Shown in pieces: positions 8,887-19,584 of a stretch of DNA of 43,701 nucleotides; within the stretch, counting starts at the first letter, position 1; every line of letters begins with the position of its first letter. Location: sequence record SRR31156797_2079, one strand, 5' to 3'. The position numbers and the translations under genes are program-made. The notes under the pieces are model-generated. The model saw nothing but the letters and a program-made list of their open reading frames with translations, ran no database searches and was not told where the DNA came from.

Positions 8887-11800
8887 ATGAGACATTTAAA
8901 ACTACTACTAATTTCTTTGTTTGTTATAATTGGAGTTACATCCAATGCTCAAACACTATTAAATGAATCCTTTGACAGCGGAATCCCAGCTGATTGGACT
9001 GTTGTAGATAATAATACAGACGGACAAACATGGGCTGGTTATGAATACGATGGCAACACTGATAGCTACTCAGCCAGTATTCAATCATGGACCTCGCATG
9101 ATGACTATTTAATTACAAGTCAATTAAGTGTATCGGAAGGAACAAAACTTTCTTTTGCAGTTAAATCACATAGTTCCTCGTACCTGGAAGCTATGGAAGT
9201 TCTGGTTTCAACATCTACAAATGATGTCGCAGACTTTACAATACAACTTGCTGATTACCCAAGCATACCTTACGGATGGAATGAATATGAAATAGTACTT
9301 ACAGACAATGCATCGATAAATGCAGGTGACAATATTTATATTGGTTTCCGGTGCTATTCAGTAAACGAATACTATATTTATTTAGATGATGTAAAAGTAT
9401 TTACACCCGTAGCGGATGATTTAGGCGTTGCCTCAATTGCGTTTGACCCTTCCACTGTTTTTGATGGAGATGAAGTAACTATTACTGCAACTATTGAAAA
9501 CAATGGAACAAATGACCAGACATCTCAAAACGTTGATTTCATAATAGATGGAAGCTCAATTGGAACCCAATCCTTAGATTTAACAGCAGGAAATACTGCC
9601 GAAGTTAGTATGACCTGGACTGCAACTGAAGGATCTCATTCAGTTGAAGTAACTGTGCCAACAGATGATGACGATAGCAACATTAGCTTCACAGAGAGCA
9701 TTACAGCATTTAGCGCCACAGCCTTAATAGAAAGTTTTGAAGGGACATGGCCACCAGCAGGTTGGGAAGCAGATTATGGTTGGGGGCAAAACACTTGGTC
9801 TCCTTACGAAGGTTTAAATAATGCATATATTTCCAATTCAGGTGTGAAGCGTTTGATGACACCTAAACTTGTAATTAATGGTAGCTCTGCTATTAACTTT
9901 TGGGCAAAAACAGGATTTGGAGATTATGACATCAAATTGGTTTACTCAACCGATAAAACTACCTGGACAGATGTTCCATCGGGAACTATCTCTTTATCTT
10001 CTACTTACCAAAATTTCAATATTGATTTATCATCAATTACAGCCGGAAATTATTTCATTGCATTTGAATATAATTTATCATATACAAGCGTATACCTTGA
10101 TTACATAGTTGGGCCTGAAAAAGCTATTGAGCTACCTGAAGCAGCCACCAATCCAACACCACCTAACAATACCCTATCAGTTGCAGAAACCACTGACCTA
10201 TCATGGGATGCTGCTAGTAGTGGCGGTATTCCAACAGGATACAAAGTATATTTTGGAACTGATGGCGAAGGAACATCAACACCTACTAATATTGAAAACG
10301 GAACAGAGATAACAGAAACCACATATACTCCTTCAAGTGTATTGGAATATGGGACGACCTACTATTGGCAAATTATTCCTACTAACAGCTTAGGTGACGC
10401 AACAAATTGTCCCATTTGGAAATTTACAACTATTAGTAATCCTTTATCACCAATTCCATTTAGTGAAGATTTTACAGGTGTAACGGCCTATTCATTACCT
10501 TCTGCCTGGACAGCTACAAACATTTATGTCTATTCCGATCATGGTGTAGGAGGAACAGAATGTCTATCAGTAAATATGTGGAGTAGCACATCTACTGCAG
10601 ATGTAACAACTCCTCCAGTTGGACCACTATCTGCTACGGCAAACCAGGTTAAATTCGATTATAGAATTTGTAATTCAACCTATGGATCATACCCTGAAAC
10701 AGCAACTGAATTAGGAGCATCTGATAAAGTTGAAGTAATGCTTTCCACAGACAATGGAAATAATTTTACAACTATCCATACAATTGATCAAAATAATCAT
10801 GTTACAAGTCTTGATTTTGTATCGGTAACACTAAATCTTGATGCTGCTTACAATAGCGAAAATATTAAGCTACGTTTCAAAAACACCTGGGGACAAGGAG
10901 ATTATAATGTAGATATTGACAATGTAATAATACGCGAACAGCCCACAGACCCTGTTTTAACGGCATCAACTGATACTTTAACTTTCTTCAACCTTCTTAC
11001 AAACATAGCTTACACTAAAACTGTAACTATTTCAAATGATGGAGGAGGCACATTGACAATTGCTGATGGTGATCTAGCCATTACAGGAACTAACGCTGAT
11101 GATTTCTCATTGGGAACCATTACTTACCCAATTGAATTAGCAACCACTGAAACATTTGATATTGAAATTATTTTCAATAGTTCAATTGAGGGCGAGAAAG
11201 AAGCTTCATTAGAAATAACACACAATGGCACTAAAATAACAACCTCAATTGGATTAGTTGGTAGTACTTACAATCCTTACGCTACATATTCACAAAACTT
11301 TGATGCAACTGCCGAAGATGAAATTCCAGAAAAATGGTCAATGATTACACCAGGATTCTCAGGAGTTTATGTAATTGAAGATGGATTTAGCACATATTCA
11401 TATTCATCACCAAATAGTTTAGCTATTGTAAGCGGTGGTTCAACTCCTGAATTACCATATGCAATTACACCAGCTTTTGAAATGGGAAACAAAAGGTTGA
11501 AGTTTTTTGCAAAACGTGGATCATACGAGGAAAATATCATTGTTGGAACTATAACTGACCCAACAGATGAAAATACATTTACAGAAATTGAAACCATTGC
11601 AATATCAGATACTCATACAGAATATGCCGTTGATTTTGACAGTTATACTGGCGACGATAAGTATGTGGCTTTCAAACACGGAAATTCAAGAACTTATAAT
11701 GCTGTATATATCGACAATTTAAGTTGGTCTGAAATCCCAACAACACCTATCTGCGAAGTTACACCATTAACAATTGACTTTGGCGAAGCAACTGTTGCTG

Positions 11801-13917
11801 AAATAGATACAGACATCATAACAATCAAAAATGCAGGGATCAATACATTAACAATTACGGAAACTGATTTCACATTCACAGGTACAAACCCTGACGAATT
11901 TAGTATTGGCAATGTTTCTTTTCCAATCGAATTAGGTTCAGAAGAAACAATTGATGTAACAGTTAATTTTATTCCACAAACAGGTGGAGCGAAAACAGCA
12001 AATCTGGAAATTAACCATAATGGTAACAATGGACTTGTTACTGTTGCTTTACAAGGAACTGGTTTTGAAGGTTATGTAGAAGATTTCAACCAAGTTGGAA
12101 CCACATTCCCACCAGCTGGTTGGACAGCTCAAGAAGGATGGAAAGCATTAACATTTAGCACATATGAAGGAGCAGGTGGTGTTTGGTTTAACCCGTCAAA
12201 TGTAGCAACCGATGCTAAACTAATCACGCCTTTACTTGACGTAAACACAGGCGACACATTCTCTTTCTGGACAAAAAAATCTAATGAAGATGCAACATTT
12301 ACTGTAAAATACACAGCTGATACAACTTCAGGAGGAACCTGGACTGATTTGGAAACATTCACTATTACAAATACTGATTATGAAGAAAAGACAGTTGACA
12401 TTTCTTCATTGGAAGGTGAATACTACATTGCTATTGCCGGTTCTGGTGTTGCATTTACCAGTACATATATTGACTATGTAAAAGCACCATCATTAGCTGG
12501 AATGTTTGATATAGAATTTAATGTAACCGAAGATGGTTCAGGCGATCCAATTGAAGGTGCAGTGGTTGAAATTAATGGCGAAACTGACACAACAGATGCA
12601 AGTGGTTATGCAGTATTATCGGCCAATAATGGTACACACAGCTATTCCATTTCGCACAATATGTATGAGAATGTGACAGGCAGCGTTGTAGTTAATAGTG
12701 CAGCACAATCAATTGACATTTCCATGACTGCATTAACAGGCTATACGGTTACATTCAACGTAGTTGATGAAGATGCAATTGCATTTGAAAATGCCAATAT
12801 CAACATTGCTGGCATGGACCTTACAACTGATGCTTCAGGTATGGCATCACTTACACTAGCTGATGGAGAATATCCTTATACTGTAACTGCTACAGGTTAT
12901 GCAGAAGTTGTTGACACATTAATTGTCAATGGTGCTGACCTTACTGAGAATATAACTTTATATGAAGTTTACACAATGAATTTTGTAGTTACTGACGGAA
13001 CCAATCCTGTTGCAGGTGCATTTGTGGTGGTAGGAGGAGCTGTACTTAACACCGATGCAAATGGTGAAGCTAATATTAATGCTTTAAATGGCACATACTA
13101 TTACACGGTTACCAAAGCATATTACGAAACAGTATCTGGCGAAATAACCATTGACGGAGCTGATGCCACAGCAAATGTGGTAATAAAACCTGTTTATTAT
13201 ATTGATTTCACAATAACAGACGAAAATAGTGATGCAATTGAAGGCGCAGCGATTACCATTGAAGATTCCACAATAACTACCAATGCCAGTGGTTTTGCTT
13301 CTATTGAATTAGCTGACGGAACATACAATTACAGTATCGTTAAAAGTGGTTTTGAAACAATCAGCAATTCATTCACAGTAAGTGGAGCCAACATCGAAAT
13401 TAATGAAACAATGCTTGTTCCTCAAACTACCTACACGGTAGCCATTACAGTAAAAGATCAGGATGATGTTGTATTGGAAGGAGCTAATGTTGAGCTAACA
13501 GATGGAACCGACACCTGGACTGCTACAACTGATGCAAGCGGTATGGTGACATTTGATGAAAAAGCAAACGGCACTTACAATTATTCAGTGAGTATGGCTG
13601 ATTATGAACCAGCTACAGGTGATTTAACAATTGCTGATGCAGATATGGATATGACAATTAATATTCAATACGTGAGTATTAATGACATCAATAATATTGA
13701 ATTTACAGTATATCCTAACCCAAGTAATGGAAGCTTTAAAATTAAGGCTGAAGGATCATATCAGATTTTAGTGATGAATGCTATAGGTAACATTATTAAG
13801 ACTGCAAATATGACCAATGAGTACGCTTTGGATATTTCAAATCATCCAAAAGGGATATACTTTGTTAAAATTTATTCAAACTCAGTGTCAAAAACACAAC
13901 GGATTATTTTAGAATAA
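8887..13917 (+). CDS. Large T9SS type A cargo: cleaved-adhesin/choice-of-anchor J, CARDB, Fn3-like, choice-of-anchor D-like and carboxypeptidase-regulatory-like stalk repeats
   Basis: Signal peptide; ESFDSGIPADW..DDYLIT module; TTYYWQI Fn3-like motif; two ISNDG/IKNAG..L.I..F Ig modules; five EGA/ENA..TDASG repeats; C-terminal VYPNPSNG..GIYFVKI. Confidence 0.85.
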   Translation: MRHLKLLLISLFVIIGVTSNAQTLLNESFDSGIPADWTVVDNNTDGQTWAGYEYDGNTDSYSASIQSWTSHDDYLITSQLSVSEGTKLSFAVKSHSSSYLEAMEVLVSTSTNDVADFTIQLADYPSIPYGWNEYEIVLTDNASINAGDNIYIGFRCYSVNEYYIYLDDVKVFTPVADDLGVASIAFDPSTVFDGDEVTITATIENNGTNDQTSQNVDFIIDGSSIGTQSLDLTAGNTAEVSMTWTATEGSHSVEVTVPTDDDDSNISFTESITAFSATALIESFEGTWPPAGWEADYGWGQNTWSPYEGLNNAYISNSGVKRLMTPKLVINGSSAINFWAKTGFGDYDIKLVYSTDKTTWTDVPSGTISLSSTYQNFNIDLSSITAGNYFIAFEYNLSYTSVYLDYIVGPEKAIELPEAATNPTPPNNTLSVAETTDLSWDAASSGGIPTGYKVYFGTDGEGTSTPTNIENGTEITETTYTPSSVLEYGTTYYWQIIPTNSLGDATNCPIWKFTTISNPLSPIPFSEDFTGVTAYSLPSAWTATNIYVYSDHGVGGTECLSVNMWSSTSTADVTTPPVGPLSATANQVKFDYRICNSTYGSYPETATELGASDKVEVMLSTDNGNNFTTIHTIDQNNHVTSLDFVSVTLNLDAAYNSENIKLRFKNTWGQGDYNVDIDNVIIREQPTDPVLTASTDTLTFFNLLTNIAYTKTVTISNDGGGTLTIADGDLAITGTNADDFSLGTITYPIELATTETFDIEIIFNSSIEGEKEASLEITHNGTKITTSIGLVGSTYNPYATYSQNFDATAEDEIPEKWSMITPGFSGVYVIEDGFSTYSYSSPNSLAIVSGGSTPELPYAITPAFEMGNKRLKFFAKRGSYEENIIVGTITDPTDENTFTEIETIAISDTHTEYAVDFDSYTGDDKYVAFKHGNSRTYNAVYIDNLSWSEIPTTPICEVTPLTIDFGEATVAEIDTDIITIKNAGINTLTITETDFTFTGTNPDEFSIGNVSFPIELGSEETIDVTVNFIPQTGGAKTANLEINHNGNNGLVTVALQGTGFEGYVEDFNQVGTTFPPAGWTAQEGWKALTFSTYEGAGGVWFNPSNVATDAKLITPLLDVNTGDTFSFWTKKSNEDATFTVKYTADTTSGGTWTDLETFTITNTDYEEKTVDISSLEGEYYIAIAGSGVAFTSTYIDYVKAPSLAGMFDIEFNVTEDGSGDPIEGAVVEINGETDTTDASGYAVLSANNGTHSYSISHNMYENVTGSVVVNSAAQSIDISMTALTGYTVTFNVVDEDAIAFENANINIAGMDLTTDASGMASLTLADGEYPYTVTATGYAEVVDTLIVNGADLTENITLYEVYTMNFVVTDGTNPVAGAFVVVGGAVLNTDANGEANINALNGTYYYTVTKAYYETVSGEITIDGADATANVVIKPVYYIDFTITDENSDAIEGAAITIEDSTITTNASGFASIELADGTYNYSIVKSGFETISNSFTVSGANIEINETMLVPQTTYTVAITVKDQDDVVLEGANVELTDGTDTWTATTDASGMVTFDEKANGTYNYSVSMADYEPATGDLTIADADMDMTINIQYVSINDINNIEFTVYPNPSNGSFKIKAEGSYQILVMNAIGNIIKTANMTNEYALDISNHPKGIYFVKIYSNSVSKTQRIILE

Positions 13918-13935
13918 CTTAATAATAGGTTTTAT

Positions 13936-13972
13936 AAAAATAGCTGTCGGATTCCGGCAGCTATTTTTTTTT
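13936..13972 (+). terminator. Rho-independent terminator
   Basis: AAAAATAGCTGTCGG-ATT-CCGGCAGCTATTTTTTTTT. Confidence 0.85.
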
Positions 13973-14025
13973 GATTTTGGTAGATTTATATCGTAAATTG
14001 CTATACTAACTAAAATTAAAGTGCT

Positions 14026-16023
14026 ATGAGAAAACTTCTACTATTTTTACTGGCAATAACTATTGCCACAGGTATGCTTGCACAGGACTTTGTACCAAGG
14101 TCACTTGAAAAAGAAACAAAAAATCAAACTTCATTAATTCAAAAAAGTAAAGAATTTAGAAATATTATTTGGGAAGAAGATTTTGATGGGGTTGATTGGG
14201 CAGAAACTTCAGACAGTGGTATTGCTGTACCCACAAATGCACCTGCCGGATGGTCAATTGTTGATGAATCGGGAAATGGCTATTATTGGAGATGGGATAC
14301 TGTAGGGCCAAGAGGAATATATACCTCTCCCGGCGAAGATTGTCATGAACCCCGAGAACCGCTAATATCAGAAACTGCTTCAAATGGATTTTTAATGCTT
14401 GAATCAGATTATAATAACACATCTGAAGATTGCACTGAGATATATGGCGATGGACCGGATGCCTATGTGCAATACGATGCCGGAATTGACATGAGTAGCT
14501 ATGATGCCGTTGCGGTTACTTTTACTGAGTGGAACCGCTTTTGTTGCGGGCTTTCTGAAACTTCCAACGCTTATTTCAGCGTTTCAAATGATGGCGGAAC
14601 TTCCTGGATAAATTATAGCGTAATTGATAACATCAGTGTTGGAACACCAAATGGCTCTATTCAAGAAATTTTAATTTCAGATGCAGCCGCCAATCAAAGT
14701 AATGTCATGTTTCGATTTCACCAAATGGCCTTGACACATTACTATTGGTTAATTGATGATTTAAAATTTGTTGAGCCCGATGATTATGATCTGCGAATGC
14801 ACGACTATTGGAATGATTATTTGACCTACATTAATGGATCAGAAGGAAATTCCATCGAGAATGAATGGGATTTTACCGAAGGTTTCTATCAATATCCATG
14901 GTTTATGATTCAGGACTTTAAAGGATTCCACGCTGCGGTGTTCAATTTTGGAGCAGAAGAAGCCACAAGCTTCGATTATGATATAAACATATACAGAAAC
15001 GATATTTTACAGGAAACTTTTACTTCAACTTTTGGGCCACTTGCCCATGCAGCATCAGATACAATAGATTTCCAACAAGTTTGGAGACCAATTTCAAAAG
15101 GTCATTACACCATAGAGCACATGGTAAGCCAAGCCAATGAAACTGCATTGGAGGATAATAGCATGACACGCGAATTAGAAATTACCGACAGCATTTTATC
15201 ACCGGTAGATTTCTCCAAAGTAAACACTGAAATTTCACCAGACAACTGGGTAAATTACGATGAAGATGGAGACGGGTTAGGGTTTATATTCAACTTACCT
15301 GATCCAAGTGAAGGAGAGTTTTATATCACCGAAGGTTTTCATTTTTATATTGGCTCAAATACAGATCACCCTGATCAGTTAGATCTTTTTCTTAATGAAG
15401 AAGCGCAATTTCAGGCAGCTTTATATAAATACTATCCAGATAATGACACATATACTCAACAAACTAGCACAGGAATAGAAACCCTTACAATTAATGATAC
15501 TTCATCCATTCTATATTTTGAATGGCCTTTGGATTGTCCAGATTGCCACTATTTATTTGAGGGAGGAACATTTATGCTAGTTTTGAATATGTATGGAACA
15601 TATAATGATGCTTTTGGAAGATTACAAACCTGGAATATCAAGGCAGTTGATGAAAGCATCCAAAAATTCTCAAAAGAATCATGCGTAACAGTCAATTCAA
15701 CAGTTGCAACGGGAGATGATGTAGGTTGGGTACTAGAAGGACCTGCTATTGCTTTGGATATTAAATACACTGAACCTTATACAAGTATTCAAAATATATC
15801 ATCCAAGGAAATTAAAGTATTTCCAAACCCTACCAACGGCAAATTCACAATTTCAGACATTCAAACTGGAAGTCTTTCAATTAAAAACGTAGCTGGACAA
15901 ATTATTTATTCAGGTGAACTATCAAATAACCAAATAGATATTTCAGATCAACCGGATGGAATGTATTTTATTGAGGTAAAAAATGGAGAAGACGTTTTTA
16001 CGGGAAGGGTAATAAAACAATAA
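14026..16023 (+). CDS. T9SS type A sorting domain protein of unknown function
   Basis: Signal peptide; IWEEDFDG start, SNDGGTSW motif, WLIDDL; C-terminal VFPNPTNG..GMYFIEV..RVIKQ. Confidence 0.8.
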   Translation: MRKLLLFLLAITIATGMLAQDFVPRSLEKETKNQTSLIQKSKEFRNIIWEEDFDGVDWAETSDSGIAVPTNAPAGWSIVDESGNGYYWRWDTVGPRGIYTSPGEDCHEPREPLISETASNGFLMLESDYNNTSEDCTEIYGDGPDAYVQYDAGIDMSSYDAVAVTFTEWNRFCCGLSETSNAYFSVSNDGGTSWINYSVIDNISVGTPNGSIQEILISDAAANQSNVMFRFHQMALTHYYWLIDDLKFVEPDDYDLRMHDYWNDYLTYINGSEGNSIENEWDFTEGFYQYPWFMIQDFKGFHAAVFNFGAEEATSFDYDINIYRNDILQETFTSTFGPLAHAASDTIDFQQVWRPISKGHYTIEHMVSQANETALEDNSMTRELEITDSILSPVDFSKVNTEISPDNWVNYDEDGDGLGFIFNLPDPSEGEFYITEGFHFYIGSNTDHPDQLDLFLNEEAQFQAALYKYYPDNDTYTQQTSTGIETLTINDTSSILYFEWPLDCPDCHYLFEGGTFMLVLNMYGTYNDAFGRLQTWNIKAVDESIQKFSKESCVTVNSTVATGDDVGWVLEGPAIALDIKYTEPYTSIQNISSKEIKVFPNPTNGKFTISDIQTGSLSIKNVAGQIIYSGELSNNQIDISDQPDGMYFIEVKNGEDVFTGRVIKQ

Positions 16024-16041
16024 ACATTAAAGTTAAGATGA

Positions 16042-16076
16042 AAATGCCCCTGAGTTATTTTTATTCAGGGGCATTT
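16042..16076. terminator. Hairpin between convergent genes (probable bidirectional terminator)
   Basis: AAATGCCCCTGA...TCAGGGGCATTT. Confidence 0.7.
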
Positions 16077-16084
16077 GTTGGTTT

Positions 16085-17302
16085 CTAAGTAGTATACACC
16101 GAATTAAACATCACATAATCTGTAGTTAAATCGGTTCCCCAACCTTTAGCTTTGGATTTCCCCTGATGCAGATCAAGTTTAATATGTAAATGGGATTCAC
16201 GTAATAATTTCTTCAACATATTGCGGTCTTGTTCCTGTGGGATACCTTTTTCAATAACCTTTACAATTTTCTGATCACTTCCCAAATATAAATCAACCTG
16301 GGTATAATCAAATGGAATACCGGCATTACCCGCCGCACCAAGGATTCTTCCCCAGTTTGGATCACGCCCAAACATGGCAGCTTTCACTAATGTGGAATCT
16401 GAAATTTCCCTTATCAACGTTCGGGCTTCATTTACAGAAGAAGCATTGACAACCTCATATTCAATAAACTTTGAAGCTCCTTCTCCATCCGACACAATTT
16501 GCTTGGCCAGGTGAATCATCATCTCTTCCAGATTCTTTTTAAAATTAGCATAACCTGAATCTTTTTGGGTCTTTAATTTATCATTATTGGCTAATCCATT
16601 GGCCAAAACCAGCACCATGTCATTTGTAGAAGTATCTCCATCCACCGTAATCATATTAAACGACTTATCGACAGCCTCCTCAACGGTTTTCTGCAATAAT
16701 TTTGATTCAATATTCACATCTGTGACTATAAAACCAAGCATTGTGGCCATATTTGGATGAATCATTCCAGATCCCTTAGCAATACCTGCCATATTAACTT
16801 CATGACCATCCACTTCAAATTCAACAAAACCCTCTTTGGCAAATGTATCGGTTGTCAATATAGCATTAGCAGCAAAAGATCCAGCATTGGATTTATTCGT
16901 TAATTTACTAACATTCTCTTTTATTCCCTCTACAATTTCTTCCGTTGGGAAAGGCTCCCCAATTAACCCGGTAGATGATACCAGTACCAGTTCTTTATCA
17001 ATTTTCAATTCTGCTGCCATAGCTTCAGCCATCGCTTCAGCACCTTTACGCCCCTGTTCGCCTGTGGCAGCATTGGCATTACCTGCATTAATTACAATGG
17101 CCTGCGCTTTACCGTCGGCGATATGCTTTTTAGATAAATCTACAGGTGCTGCTGTTACTTTATTTTGAGTAAATACTCCGGCAGCGCTGGCCGGAACATC
17201 CGAATATATAAGTGCAAGGTCGCGACGCAACGATTTAATTCCGGTGTGTGCTCCCCAGCATGTAATTCCTCTGACGTTGGTTAAATTCTTGATCATTTCC
17301 AT
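16085..17302 (-). CDS. argJ: Ornithine acetyltransferase / N-acetylglutamate synthase
   Basis: GNANAATG, KGSGMIHPNMATML (autocleavage Thr), DGDTSTND, DGEGA and DPNWGR motifs. Confidence 0.95.
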   Translation of the reverse strand: MEMIKNLTNVRGITCWGAHTGIKSLRRDLALIYSDVPASAAGVFTQNKVTAAPVDLSKKHIADGKAQAIVINAGNANAATGEQGRKGAEAMAEAMAAELKIDKELVLVSSTGLIGEPFPTEEIVEGIKENVSKLTNKSNAGSFAANAILTTDTFAKEGFVEFEVDGHEVNMAGIAKGSGMIHPNMATMLGFIVTDVNIESKLLQKTVEEAVDKSFNMITVDGDTSTNDMVLVLANGLANNDKLKTQKDSGYANFKKNLEEMMIHLAKQIVSDGEGASKFIEYEVVNASSVNEARTLIREISDSTLVKAAMFGRDPNWGRILGAAGNAGIPFDYTQVDLYLGSDQKIVKVIEKGIPQEQDRNMLKKLLRESHLHIKLDLHQGKSKAKGWGTDLTTDYVMFNSVYTT

Positions 17303-17358
17303 GTTTGTAGATTTCGGTGTTAATATTTAAGATTTTTAAGATTCAATAATTAAATTTA

Positions 17359-18396
17359 TTATGGTTGTACGGGAACCAGGTTCAGCCCGAGTTGCTCTTC
17401 CAATCCAAGCATAATATTCATATTATGAACGGCTTGTCCGGCAGCACCTTTCACAAGATTGTCGATGGCACTCACCACGATAATCATTCCTGTGCGCTCA
17501 TCATAAGTTACATAGATATCGCAATAATTACTTCCGCGCACATCTTTAATCGAAGGCACTTCTTTACGAACCCTTACGAATGGCGCTGAACTATAATACT
17601 CTTTATAAAGATTTTGTAAATACTCTTCAGAAATGTCTTTTTTAGGCATACCATACATGGTGGTTAAAATTCCCCTATCAACAGGCAGTAAGTGTGGTGT
17701 AAATTGTACTACCGGATCTTCGGAAGTTACAGTTCCCAATACCTCCTGAATTTCGATGGTGTGGCGATGTTTTTTCAAACCATAAGGTTTAAAATTATCA
17801 TTCACATTCGAATACAAATTAACCGGTTTAGACTTTATTCCTGCCCCGGTAACTCCGGTTTTAGAATCAAAAATAAGTGGTTTTGCTTCAACTAAATCTG
17901 CATCAAGTAAAGGTGCAGCAGCTAAAATTGCGCTGGTTGGAAAACAACCCGGATTGGCCACAAGTTTGGCTTGCATTATTTTATCAACGAACAATTCAGG
18001 CATCCCAAATGCTGCCATTGAAAATCCTTGCGTAAAGGTGTGATCCTTTTTATACCATTGTTCATAGACTTCCGGACTTTGTAAACGAAAATCACCAGAC
18101 AGGTCCACTATTTTAAATGGTTTATTCTGAAATCTTTTTACAAAATCCATTGATACCCCATGTGGCAGAGCTAAAAATGCCAAATCGATATCAAAATTGT
18201 CGATATTCTCAACAGAATGAAGTTTAAAATCAACGATTCCTTGCAAAAAAGGATGAATATCTGATAATTGCTTTCCTGCTTTTGATTCGGAAGTAACAAG
18301 GACAATTTCCACTTGTGGATGATTTACTAGTATACGTATTAATTCTGATCCTGTATATCCTGTAGCGCCTATTACAGCAACTTTTTTCTTATTCAT
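17359..18396 (-). CDS. argC: N-acetyl-gamma-glutamyl-phosphate reductase
   Basis: GATGYTG, ALPHG, ANPGCFPT, DNLVKGAAGQAV. Confidence 0.95.
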   Translation of the reverse strand: MNKKKVAVIGATGYTGSELIRILVNHPQVEIVLVTSESKAGKQLSDIHPFLQGIVDFKLHSVENIDNFDIDLAFLALPHGVSMDFVKRFQNKPFKIVDLSGDFRLQSPEVYEQWYKKDHTFTQGFSMAAFGMPELFVDKIMQAKLVANPGCFPTSAILAAAPLLDADLVEAKPLIFDSKTGVTGAGIKSKPVNLYSNVNDNFKPYGLKKHRHTIEIQEVLGTVTSEDPVVQFTPHLLPVDRGILTTMYGMPKKDISEEYLQNLYKEYYSSAPFVRVRKEVPSIKDVRGSNYCDIYVTYDERTGMIIVVSAIDNLVKGAAGQAVHNMNIMLGLEEQLGLNLVPVQP

Positions 18397-19583
18397 TATT
18401 TTATTTCCTTTAATGATTTTTTAATGTTTTCAACTATTGCATTTAAATCCTCAAAATCAATTACCAAAGGAGGTACTAAACGCAATACATTTCCGGCCGT
18501 AGCATTAGCCAATACACCATTTTCCAGCATTTTTTGAACCAACGGTTTCGTTTCAAATTCGAATTCAATTCCCATCATCAAACCTTTACCCCTGATTTCT
18601 TTAATTCCACTAATTCCTGATTCTAAGATACGTTCACGTAACCATGCACCTTTATCATTAGCAGCTTTAAGTAAATTCTCATTTTCGATGGCTTCAAAAA
18701 CTGCCAAAGAAGCAGCACAAGCCAATGGATTTCCACCAAACGTGGTTCCGTGATCACCAAAATCAATGGCATCACTTACCTTTTGATTTGATAAGATAGC
18801 ACCAATTGGTACACCACCACCAAGGCCTTTAGCCAATGTCATTATATCAGGCTTAATGTCAAAATGCTGCCATGCAAACATCTCTCCTGTGCGTGCTACA
18901 CCACATTGTATTTCATCAAAAATAAGTACAATATCTTCTTTATCACACAACTCACGAAGCTGGCTTAAAAATTCAGGATTAGCCTCATTTATACCGCCTT
19001 CACCCTGGATAGGTTCAATTATAACGGCAGCTGTTTCTTTTGATATTTGATTTTTTACAGCGTCTATATCATTAAACTTTAATTGTTTAAAACCTGTTGG
19101 GATAGGCTCAAACCCTTTTTGCATCTCAGGTTTACCTGTAGCAATGGTACCAAGTGTTCTACCATGAAAACTACCGGTAAATGAAATAACCTCCCCACCT
19201 TTTCCCTTACTGTGAGCATATTTACGAGCAATTTTTATTGCTCCTTCTACCGATTCTGCACCGCTATTGGAGAAGAAAACACGATCGAGACCAGACAATT
19301 TTGTTAACTTTTCAGCCAATAATGCCTGTGGTTCTGTAAGGTAAAAATTAGATACATGAATTAAACTCGAAACCTGCTCTTTTATCGCTTTTACTAATGT
19401 AGGATGATTGTGGCCCAAAATATTTACAGCAATACCAGCCAGGGCATCAATATATTCATTGCCATCCACATCCCAAACTTTGGCACCTCTCCCTTTTTGT
19501 AGGGTTATGGGATATCTTTTAAAAGTTTGTAAATAGTGTTTCTGATCTAGTTTAGTGTAATATTGATTTGAAATTTTAGTCAT
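18396..19583 (-). CDS. argD: Acetylornithine aminotransferase
   Basis: Class III PLP motifs SFHGRT, EPIQGEGG, FDEIQCG, AKGLGGG, HGTTFGGNP; operon context. Confidence 0.9.
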   Translation of the reverse strand: MTKISNQYYTKLDQKHYLQTFKRYPITLQKGRGAKVWDVDGNEYIDALAGIAVNILGHNHPTLVKAIKEQVSSLIHVSNFYLTEPQALLAEKLTKLSGLDRVFFSNSGAESVEGAIKIARKYAHSKGKGGEVISFTGSFHGRTLGTIATGKPEMQKGFEPIPTGFKQLKFNDIDAVKNQISKETAAVIIEPIQGEGGINEANPEFLSQLRELCDKEDIVLIFDEIQCGVARTGEMFAWQHFDIKPDIMTLAKGLGGGVPIGAILSNQKVSDAIDFGDHGTTFGGNPLACAASLAVFEAIENENLLKAANDKGAWLRERILESGISGIKEIRGKGLMMGIEFEFETKPLVQKMLENGVLANATAGNVLRLVPPLVIDFEDLNAIVENIKKSLKEIK

Positions 19584-19584
19584 T

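Noticed and set aside
330..16023. Diversity-generating retroelement or invertible shufflon acting on the adhesin genes
   Set aside because: No reverse transcriptase or recombinase, and no near-identical nucleotide repeats noticed; the repeats are diverged protein-level ones
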